Translations under genes and position numbers: made by a program
IMG/VR virus record: IMGVR_UViG_3300042922_000836
Coordinates: 1 to 64,000 of that record
Origin: a virus
Strand: one strand, 5' to 3'
Length of the DNA: 64,000 bases
In this document: positions 56,295 to 64,000 of the stretch, piece by piece
Layout of the letters: each line of letters begins with the position of its first letter
How positions within the stretch are numbered: the first letter of the stretch is position 1
The notes under the pieces: model-generated
Databases searched by the model: none
Told to the model about the DNA's origin: nothing
The model's input: only the letters and a program-made list of their open reading frames with translations

Positions 56295-57512
56295 TTATTC
56301 TTTTATCTCCACTAAATAGCTAATAGTCATTTGATTTTCCTTATAAACAACAATTTCATCATTTTTTAACATTGAACCAGCATGTGCATGTAGACAATTA
56401 GCACCTTGACAAGCTTTTTGTAATTGGTCATAGTCAAAATCATAGAATTTACTATCAAACGAATATACATCATATGGTTTTCCATAAGCTACATTCATTA
56501 AAGCCATAAAACCTATATTAGAATTACCGTTTACCCAATATGAACCTTTTAAAGATGTATAACCCATTGATTTTCTTGCTGTAGGACTGTAATAACAACC
56601 ATTCCCAAACATTTTTCCTGTAATTATTGCATTTGTTGGTCTGAGTACTAAGCCACTGTTAATGATACTCCACCAATTTTCATTCCTACTTCCATGCCAT
56701 AAAAGTTTCGTTTCAGGATTTCCAGCAGACTGAACATATTTATCAAATCTCATCTGAGTTTTATTATTTTCGACTCTCCATGCTTGAAAAAATTTATTTG
56801 AACAAGAACCTAACGCACTATTAATTTTCATTTTATCCAAGTCTGTTATGTCAGCAAATTTCAATCCCAAAGCATCCAAAATAGTTAATTGTTTTACTTC
56901 ATTATTATCTTCAGGTTCATTACTTTCAACTTGTTGCTGTACTACTTGCCCTTTCATTATATCAAGTAAATCCTGTTCTCTTTGGACTATATTAGAGAAA
57001 TTATCTCGATTATTTGCAAGGTAATCTGAAACTTTGCTCATTTTCCTTGGAATAATTTTAAACAAATCAATAAGAATTTTATTAAAAGATTCAGTAGTAT
57101 CAGTACTTATAAGATTGGTTAAAGTAATCTGAGCTTCATCAACCATTGCTTTTGTAACTTTCGCAGAAGAAATTGTATAATTTTCACTGATTGCTTGTTT
57201 TGCCATTGTTTGTAACCGTTCAACTATTTTTGCTATTGATGGATTTTCAATATCTATGTATTCTTTCTTTTTCTCTTTAACAATTAAATCTGCAACTAAA
57301 TGACTCTGGTCAACATATCCTTTTTTTATTTTTTCATTATACTTCAAATAAAATTGGCTTATCGGATAGGAAGAAGTTTGAAACCCTCCAACTCCAATTC
57401 TGCCATATTCAACAGTAAACGTATTACCATTGGGTATCATACGATAAAATTTATTATGATTATCATCACCTGTTACCATGACAAGGTAGACAGGATTTTT
57501 TACTTCTTCCAT
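56295..57512 (-). CDS. PARP-like ADP-ribosyltransferase (WGR, regulatory and catalytic domains)
   Basis: NKFY...EYGRIG (WGR), helical domain with IPR, LLWHGS, MFGNGCYYS and NDEIVVY (H-Y-E triad). Confidence 0.92.
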   Translation of the reverse strand: MEEVKNPVYLVMVTGDDNHNKFYRMIPNGNTFTVEYGRIGVGGFQTSSYPISQFYLKYNEKIKKGYVDQSHLVADLIVKEKKKEYIDIENPSIAKIVERLQTMAKQAISENYTISSAKVTKAMVDEAQITLTNLISTDTTESFNKILIDLFKIIPRKMSKVSDYLANNRDNFSNIVQREQDLLDIMKGQVVQQQVESNEPEDNNEVKQLTILDALGLKFADITDLDKMKINSALGSCSNKFFQAWRVENNKTQMRFDKYVQSAGNPETKLLWHGSRNENWWSIINSGLVLRPTNAIITGKMFGNGCYYSPTARKSMGYTSLKGSYWVNGNSNIGFMALMNVAYGKPYDVYSFDSKFYDFDYDQLQKACQGANCLHAHAGSMLKNDEIVVYKENQMTISYLVEIKE

Positions 57513-57523
57513 TTATTTACCTC

Positions 57524-57943
57524 TTACATATAACAAACAAGAATTTCTATATTTGTATCTGCAAACATTTCTTGAATTATATCTTTAACCTTATCCCAAT
57601 CAAGTCCATCAAGACCACAACCAATCCTTGGCATTGCAAGTTTTTCTATTTCAAGTCCGATTACAGCATCATGCAATTCAGATAAAGCCTCAATCAAACT
57701 ATCGTATGTAGGTTTCTGAAAATATTTATCTTTTGTAACAAGGTTAAATACATTATCAACAAGGATTACGCAATTATAATTTATACTGCCATACTTCTTA
57801 ACTAATTTTTCTCTCATGTTGTAAAGGAGATCAAACTGCTTTGCAACTCCAGCTCCTAACGCAAAATCTCCTGATATACAATGAGCAAAATAATATCCAT
57901 GCTCAACTCCAAATAAATTTCTATTTTCTTCTCTAAATGTCAT
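57524..57943 (-). CDS. macrodomain ADP-ribosylhydrolase (TARG1/OARD1-like)
   Basis: AHCISGD..LGAGVAKQF, NLVTK, KPTY, MPRIGCGLDGLDW. Confidence 0.9.
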   Translation of the reverse strand: MTFREENRNLFGVEHGYYFAHCISGDFALGAGVAKQFDLLYNMREKLVKKYGSINYNCVILVDNVFNLVTKDKYFQKPTYDSLIEALSELHDAVIGLEIEKLAMPRIGCGLDGLDWDKVKDIIQEMFADTNIEILVCYM

Positions 57944-57983
57944 TTTTTAATTTCCTTTCTTTTCTTGTTTTATAATTTTATAC

Positions 57984-58181
57984 TTATTTTTGTTTGTCAC
58001 TTCTACTTGCCAATATGTGATATTTAATTTTTACACAATTGTGAGGATTACCTTTACAAATTTTTGCATCTTCACCTTGTTCACAAAGTAAATGTCCATT
58101 ATAATCATCACAATAATTACACCATGAACCATATTTGTTTTGTTTTTTATCTGGATTATGCCTTGGTTTACCTTTACCCAT
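57984..58181 (-). CDS. small Cys-rich basic protein
   Basis: 65 aa; CxxC...C...CKGNPHNC. Confidence 0.55.
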   Translation of the reverse strand: MGKGKPRHNPDKKQNKYGSWCNYCDDYNGHLLCEQGEDAKICKGNPHNCVKIKYHILASRSDKQK

Positions 58182-58196
58182 ATTTATTAATCCTTA

Positions 58197-58913
58197 TTAA
58201 TTCATGCTTATTTCTGTTTTATCTATTCGTCTGTATTTGCCAAAATATTTTATTTCTGCCTCTTTCCTAACATCTATAGCATCTTGTATATTTTCAAAAA
58301 TACCTAAATATATTTTTTGCTTATTATAATTAATTTCTACTTGCCATTTATTAAGTTTTTTACAATAAGATACACCTGTACAACCGCTTGAGTTATTTTT
58401 ATATTTATTATGATTATAATTATTTTGTTGAATCTCAACAATTCTTAATTCACTTTTCCTATTATCATAATTAATTCCGAAAATATGGTCTACTATAAAT
58501 TTTGGTTTATTTATTATATCCATTAATAAACGATGCATTTTTATTATTTTATGTGATTTAATATCTTTTGAATTAAGATATTTATTTTTATCATATGACC
58601 AACAATAATTTTTAATTTTATCATAATCATTTAAGTCAAAATAAAATGGTTCTCCTTTTGATGTATATCCTATTCCGTATTCACCAGATAAATCATATGT
58701 ATTGTACTTTTTCATAACTTCTTTATGGTAACACCCACATGATTGAACATTTCCACTGATTAAAACACTTGAACTAACTGTAATTATATTTCCACAATTA
58801 CATTTACATTTCCATAAAACATAACCATATTTATTTCTTCCAAATTCTTCAAACACTTTTAATCTACCATATTGTTTTCCTAATAAATTTTTATATTTTG
58901 GTATAATCAACAC
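58197..58913 (-). CDS. HNH homing endonuclease with AP2 domain
   Basis: WKCKCNCG...SCGC, MHRL...VDHI...DNRKSELR, N.SG..GV and AP2-like tail. Confidence 0.88.
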   Translation of the reverse strand: MLIIPKYKNLLGKQYGRLKVFEEFGRNKYGYVLWKCKCNCGNIITVSSSVLISGNVQSCGCYHKEVMKKYNTYDLSGEYGIGYTSKGEPFYFDLNDYDKIKNYCWSYDKNKYLNSKDIKSHKIIKMHRLLMDIINKPKFIVDHIFGINYDNRKSELRIVEIQQNNYNHNKYKNNSSGCTGVSYCKKLNKWQVEINYNKQKIYLGIFENIQDAIDVRKEAEIKYFGKYRRIDKTEISMN

Positions 58914-58916
58914 CCC

Positions 58917-60230
58917 TTAATAGTAACTAACTTCTTTATCAATATCTCTTAATTCTTCAAATACAGGAAATCTTAATGATTTAATACCATTTTTATCTTC
59001 TGTTTCTTCAAAATATTGAACCGTTATTACTCTATCAAGTAATTCACTTTGATGTTCCCAAAAATATTTTCTATCATTATCACTAAAACCACTTCCAACA
59101 CCTACAATAGAATTTTTATATTCAACATTTATTCTACCAAGTGTTCCAGATAATCTTCCTGAACCCTCTTCAAACCCAACAATTTTTAAATCACACGTTT
59201 GCATTACTTTGCATTTTAATAGCTTGTCCGTTCTCTTGAATTGATAGGTTGCATCATTGATATTAATCATAATTCCCTCTTGATTATCAGCTTTGGCTAA
59301 ATCATGCAGTTCTTTTATTTTCGATGTATCATAGCCACAATAAAGTACAGGCAATATTTCAACATATTTCATGATTATATCATTGCTCAATCTTTCCAAC
59401 CATCGTCTGCGTTGCGAATAAGTATTGAAACCTCTTCGGCTTGTAAATTCAGCCAAATCCAAAATATCAAAGGTTAATAATTTAATACCATGTTTTTCTC
59501 CGTCTTTACGTGTAATTTTTTCTGTTTGTTTATATTGCTCTTTGGATGGAATTCCTTTACCATCAAGAAGTGTTAATTCACCGTCAAGAACAAAATTATC
59601 TGCTGGAATATTCAATATTTCATTTTCAATGTCAATTAATCCCTCAATCAATTGTCCTTCTCGACTATAAAATAAAACTTCATCATTCTTTTTTACAGCA
59701 AGGCAACGTTGACCGTCAATTTTAAGTGTTATCGAAAATGCTTTCCCCTCAACCTTTTCAGGTTTTTCAAAATATTTATCTGCCAGCATACATTCAAAAG
59801 ACGGAATAAAATCTTTACTCCATACCTTATTTGCTGTTTTATCGGAAATACCAAGTTTCAATGATTTAGTCAAAATACTTTTTATAAATTTTTGCATTTC
59901 ATTGTCGAAATTGGTGAAATACATTTCACAAACCGATATATCAATATCTCTACCTGTATTATTTTTCTTGATGTAATTAAGCAAATTAATCAATCCTTTT
60001 ACTGGATCATCTCCAAGGCTTATTAATTCCTTATAATTGACATTCGGAATGATACCGACATTCTTATTGATTTTCTTTTTTGATAAGCCAGAAACTATGT
60101 AAGGATTAAGCAGAAAGTATATTATTTCTATAAGAGAAAGATTTTCCTGTTCTCTTCTTAAAATTGTTTCTTTTTCTTTTACACTATTTGTTGCCTGTAA
60201 TTCATCACAGATTGCTTTTATTTTATTCAT
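58917..60230 (-). CDS. ATP-dependent DNA ligase
   Basis: KIDGQR, LDGEL, FD, EGIM, LLKCK, VGSGF, SLRFPVF. Confidence 0.93.
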   Translation of the reverse strand: MNKIKAICDELQATNSVKEKETILRREQENLSLIEIIYFLLNPYIVSGLSKKKINKNVGIIPNVNYKELISLGDDPVKGLINLLNYIKKNNTGRDIDISVCEMYFTNFDNEMQKFIKSILTKSLKLGISDKTANKVWSKDFIPSFECMLADKYFEKPEKVEGKAFSITLKIDGQRCLAVKKNDEVLFYSREGQLIEGLIDIENEILNIPADNFVLDGELTLLDGKGIPSKEQYKQTEKITRKDGEKHGIKLLTFDILDLAEFTSRRGFNTYSQRRRWLERLSNDIIMKYVEILPVLYCGYDTSKIKELHDLAKADNQEGIMININDATYQFKRTDKLLKCKVMQTCDLKIVGFEEGSGRLSGTLGRINVEYKNSIVGVGSGFSDNDRKYFWEHQSELLDRVITVQYFEETEDKNGIKSLRFPVFEELRDIDKEVSYY

Positions 60231-60700
60231 ATTACTTCTCCATTAAATGCAACTCCTAAGAATTCAACTAAATCATCTCTAAATTCATTACCAGAATAAT
60301 CATTTTTACCAAAAGTACCTTTTATTAACCTATTTTCTAACTCTGGTAAAAGCACTTCTTCAGGACACCATTGATCTTCAAGTCCGTAACATGAACAATG
60401 AGAACCGTTTACTTCATACAATTTACCATTCTGTTCAAACAAAACGAAAGCATCTCCTGACCAATTATCAGTTCCATATGTTGCAAATAAAATATTAACA
60501 TCCTTATATTTTTCAAGAGCCTTTGTCATTTCATTCTTTTTTGCTTGAAAATATTCTTCATTATGATATGGTGATTTTTCCATTTTATATTCTTCGCTTG
60601 TTATATAAATGTTTTCAAAATTAGCGATAACATCCATTTTTTCAGTCCAATTATGTAAATAAACAGGGGTTTGACTCAATAAATCTTTTATATCTTTCAC
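60227..60700 (-). CDS. conserved phage hypothetical protein
   Basis: LYEVNGSHCSCYGLE motif. Confidence 0.65.
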   Translation of the reverse strand: MKDIKDLLSQTPVYLHNWTEKMDVIANFENIYITSEEYKMEKSPYHNEEYFQAKKNEMTKALEKYKDVNILFATYGTDNWSGDAFVLFEQNGKLYEVNGSHCSCYGLEDQWCPEEVLLPELENRLIKGTFGKNDYSGNEFRDDLVEFLGVAFNGEVI

Positions 60701-60742
60701 TTTCTATGTCCTTTCAGTTTATTTATATTAGTTTCCAATACT

Positions 60743-61267
60743 TTACCTGTCAAAGATGCCCTCATTAAAATTTAAATACCCCTCATTTCTTAACTTTTTT
60801 CTGATGTTCATCAAACATTTACCTAAGTTATTTTCACCAACACCGTCACAAACACCCCAAAATGTATCATTCCAATCATTGGTTTCTTCCAAATATTTAT
60901 CACCAGTCGAAAGCAATAATTCTTTTAAGTGCTGATTTTGTGAAAATTTAGAATATAGAATTTTTTCTATTGTCGCAACTTTTATTTTATCCCAATCTTC
61001 TCTTAAAGGGCATAATCTGCCAAGTCTTTTTGACTCTGCGGGAGTTTCTGCATTTAATATTTTCTCTTGCCAACCTTTATCAAGTGTTTTATGATAATGA
61101 AAAGCATGTTCACTCGATTTAAACACTATTGCATTTTCATCATGACTTAATGTAAAAGGTGTTGTATCAAAATTACTCAATGGTCTATATTTGCCGAAGA
61201 ATCCATAAATTGCTTTATCTGTTTCTTTTGATTGTATTAACATTTTATTTTCCTTTCTTATTTCCAA
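60743..61267 (-). CDS. NADAR (YbiA-like) N-glycosidase
   Basis: LSNF, SSEH..H..K, KRLGR, KFSQN...LLSTG, E...WNDTFWG, NNLGK.LM..R. Confidence 0.9.
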   Translation of the reverse strand: MEIRKENKMLIQSKETDKAIYGFFGKYRPLSNFDTTPFTLSHDENAIVFKSSEHAFHYHKTLDKGWQEKILNAETPAESKRLGRLCPLREDWDKIKVATIEKILYSKFSQNQHLKELLLSTGDKYLEETNDWNDTFWGVCDGVGENNLGKCLMNIRKKLRNEGYLNFNEGIFDR

Positions 61268-61565
61268 ATTTAAAATCTACTATGAGAACAGCTTTTGAAA
61301 TAGCTTCAGGTTTAAATACATCATCTGCTTCTTTTGTTTCTGTCCAATCTGATAACATAACTGCATCCCTATATCTTAATGCTCTTCCGTCAATCAGTTT
61401 ATAACCAAAGAAAAAATGAGGATCATATTCTGTTATTTGAAAATTTCTTATATATTTTTTGTCACCTGATTTAAAAACTTTTAAATACCAATTGCCATCT
61501 TCATTTGCTTTTAAAATCAAATTTTCATTTTCGGTTAATACTTTGATAGCCTCCCAAGTATTCAT
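61245..61565 (-). CDS. hypothetical protein
   Basis: 106 aa, AAAGGA SD. Confidence 0.55.
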   Translation of the reverse strand: MNTWEAIKVLTENENLILKANEDGNWYLKVFKSGDKKYIRNFQITEYDPHFFFGYKLIDGRALRYRDAVMLSDWTETKEADDVFKPEAISKAVLIVDFKFGNKKGK

Positions 61566-61582
61566 TTCATTAATTTCCTTTC

Positions 61583-62500
61583 TTATCTTGCCATTTCATC
61601 TGCTTTATGTAATAACATGAGGTTATTATAAAATCCTTCACCCCAAAGTTTTTTATACATTTCGGACTGACTTTTCTTTTCCCAAAAATGAGGTTGCATG
61701 TGCCATTGTATATAATTAGATCGTTTCAATTCATTACCTAAACCTTGACTGTAAAATAGACTATCATAAGCAGAAACCAAATGATGTTGATAATAATGTG
61801 CTACATCTGTTATTTCATCTTTACTATTTTTGAAACTCTTTGTAAAAGGTTTACCAATATCATGCATAAGTGCTGACTCAAACAATTCTATTGGTGCATC
61901 ACCTTTATACATTTCCTCTAAATGTATACTACATTGATAACAATGTTGACCGATTGTTAATGTATGATGGGGATTATCATGACTTATTTTATTCAAACCA
62001 TTTTTTCCGTTGAATAAATCTCCTAAATTATATTCATTCTCTTTAAAATTCCAACAGATTTCGATTTTATCCCAACCCTCATAATATTGAGGAACGAAAA
62101 AATTTAAATACATTTTTTTAATTACATATTCAGGAATGTTCCGTTCTCTATTTGCATTTTGATATAAGCAATCTTTATAAGGTGTTGCCATAAACAGACA
62201 TATCTTTTTACAATCAATATCTTTAATTTCATCTAAGAAAGCCATTCGCTTTTTATAATCAATATTGGTTGCATCATAGATTGTATTTTTACCCGCATAC
62301 AAATCAGCTTTAATTCTCTTATGTAATAACTCAAATACTTCCTTGTTTACATCCTGACAATTAATATCCGAGGTTAATTCTTCTCTGATTTTATCGGAAG
62401 AATGAATATTCGCATTATTTGCTTTACTTATAATATCTGCCTGATATGATTTACCACTTGCGGGTAAACCGACCATCATATAAAAATTTGTCATAACCAC
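61583..62500 (-). CDS. P-loop polynucleotide-kinase-like (AAA_33) plus HD domain protein
   Basis: GLPASGKS, DATN...R; NPHH...H, MHDIGK, H, HM, AD. Confidence 0.85.
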   Translation of the reverse strand: MVMTNFYMMVGLPASGKSYQADIISKANNANIHSSDKIREELTSDINCQDVNKEVFELLHKRIKADLYAGKNTIYDATNIDYKKRMAFLDEIKDIDCKKICLFMATPYKDCLYQNANRERNIPEYVIKKMYLNFFVPQYYEGWDKIEICWNFKENEYNLGDLFNGKNGLNKISHDNPHHTLTIGQHCYQCSIHLEEMYKGDAPIELFESALMHDIGKPFTKSFKNSKDEITDVAHYYQHHLVSAYDSLFYSQGLGNELKRSNYIQWHMQPHFWEKKSQSEMYKKLWGEGFYNNLMLLHKADEMAR

Positions 62501-63285
62501 ACATCCATTTCTGTTTGAAAATTATACTTCATAACATTTAAAAGAACATTATCCATAATTTCTTCGCACTTCGTATTGATTAAAGGCTTATTGTTATGTA
62601 TATAATCATTTTTTATATCAAGAGTTTCATTTGTTAATTTATTTGCTAATTCTCTTGCTTTTTCTAAGTCTAAACAACCTTTCTTTACATCAATTATAAA
62701 ATCTCGTTGATTAGAGATTAAACAACTATGATATGGTTCTCCACTCAAATATCGTTTTATGAATTCATTGAGCCTTATAATTGTGGATAATTGTTTTGGA
62801 TCATATCCGTATTTTTCGATTTTACTAATAATGCTTGGATACGGATGTTCAAGAGCCTTACGTTTTTCCATACATGCACCGCTTATACAATTAACAGATG
62901 CATAATTGTTATATCTTCCAATTAATTCATTGTTGTCAAGCATTGGTTTAAACAACGATTCATATTTTGGATTAAGGATTTTGTATTTAGTAAATAGGAT
63001 TTCAACAAAATTAATGTTTTGTTTTCTAAAACATTCAAACATAAGTCGTATATCCTTAATGTCAACATGTTCTTCGTTTTCCATTATGTGTGTATAACTA
63101 ACCATTTTATTGCCGAGAACAAAATCTTCAAACTTTGGAAGGACAATTACTTTAGTGTCAATATCACTTCCCTCATATTCCAAATTGTAATTTTGACTCC
63201 CCTGAAGGAAGATACCAATAGTTTCATATCCCATATCGAGAACCGCTTGATAATGCTCTTTTAATCTATTTATTACATTGTCCAT
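62491..63285 (-). CDS. Pol-beta superfamily nucleotidyltransferase
   Basis: GSQNY.L...SDIDTK; NINFVE; YDPKQL. Confidence 0.8.
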   Translation of the reverse strand: MDNVINRLKEHYQAVLDMGYETIGIFLQGSQNYNLEYEGSDIDTKVIVLPKFEDFVLGNKMVSYTHIMENEEHVDIKDIRLMFECFRKQNINFVEILFTKYKILNPKYESLFKPMLDNNELIGRYNNYASVNCISGACMEKRKALEHPYPSIISKIEKYGYDPKQLSTIIRLNEFIKRYLSGEPYHSCLISNQRDFIIDVKKGCLDLEKARELANKLTNETLDIKNDYIHNNKPLINTKCEEIMDNVLLNVMKYNFQTEMDVWL

Positions 63286-64000
63286 TATTATTGCCCCCTT
63301 TTATTAACCATTTAATATAATCTTGCCTATTTATTTCACCAGAAAAATTTTTATGTAAATTTATTTCTGCATTGTGCCTTACCTCAATAGCATCCTGTAT
63401 ATCATCGAATGTTCCTAAATAATATCTTATATTATTAAAAGATATTTGAGATTGCCATTTACCATTTTTAGTAGGCTTTATTCCTGTATACCCGCTTGAA
63501 TTATTGGATTTGCGTTTTATATTAACATTATTTTCACTTAGTGTTGCAATTCTAAGATTAGATTTAATATTTAAAGTTCTATCCCAATTTATATGGTCTA
63601 TTAATTCATCTTCTTTTGCATCCATAATTAATCTGTGTATTCTAATTGTTTTATTTTTACCCTGTCTTTTATTTGAAACTACATAACCTTCTCTATCTAA
63701 TCTCCAACAATAATTTTTGACTTTTTCATAATCATTAATGTCAATATAAAATTTTTGATTTTTGGTTGTAAACCCTACAGCTATATCATTTTCAAAATAC
63801 CATTTATTTGTTTTGAAATTTTTAGTTTGTTTTTGTTTTTCTTTTGCATAACAACCGCAAGAAGATGTATTTCCATTTTTTAAATTGTTCCCAGTAACCG
63901 ATATAATTTTCGGATTACCACAATCACAAATACAAAACCAATGAATGTTTTTACATGTTTTATCAAAATCTCTACCTAAGACTGCTAATTTTCCATATTT
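63266..64000 (-). CDS. HNH/AP2 homing endonuclease, 5' end beyond the window
   Basis: Frame open from 64000 (KYGKL...WFCICDCG...SCGC...DHIN...NLR, AP2 tail); paralogue of 58197-58913. Confidence 0.82.
   Translation of the reverse strand, partial: KYGKLAVLGRDFDKTCKNIHWFCICDCGNPKIISVTGNNLKNGNTSSCGCYAKEKQKQTKNFKTNKWYFENDIAVGFTTKNQKFYIDINDYEKVKNYCWRLDREGYVVSNKRQGKNKTIRIHRLIMDAKEDELIDHINWDRTLNIKSNLRIATLSENNVNIKRKSNNSSGYTGIKPTKNGKWQSQISFNNIRYYLGTFDDIQDAIEVRHNAEINLHKNFSGEINRQDYIKWLIKGGNNNGQCNK

Noticed and set aside
3401-63686. Numerous 60-146 aa antisense ORFs inside long genes
   Set aside because: These are shadow ORFs of AT-rich coding strands with no motifs or SD sequences.
1-64000. Stop-codon reassignment
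   Set aside because: Long genes are intact in code 11, TAG and TGA end genes at expected boundaries, and no suppressor tRNA is seen. The single TGA at 1397 lies in a relic.

Overview
This window is a 64-kb, very AT-rich segment of a large temperate SPbeta-like siphophage, most likely infecting a Firmicute (probably Clostridia). The + strand (1-46.5 kb) carries, in order: DNA methyltransferases, a YonO-type single-subunit RNA polymerase, a 1.45-kb non-coding RNA island, a terminase with a class-3 mini-intein, portal, head, tail, fibre and lysis genes, and two moron-like genes. The strand switch coincides with an intact 50-bp attP for a large serine recombinase that apparently targets host yyaL, which points to the excised or virion form. 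The - strand (46.6-64 kb) carries the recombinase, dUTPase, class II RNR, a PARP/macrodomain/NADAR/ligase/kinase cluster and homing endonucleases. The most striking feature is the RNA island (5840-7292). Besides four tRNAs, a tRNA-like RNA and a ~510-nt ornate ncRNA, it holds at least seven small H-type pseudoknots, six of them in tandem pairs with compensatory base changes, plus an abiF-like hairpin. These resemble RNA antitoxins of type III TA/abortive-infection systems (ToxI, CptI, AbiF RNA), but no recognisable toxin is present. I hypothesise a phage-borne library of RNA antitoxin decoys. All family assignments come from motif reading and memory; no searches were run.
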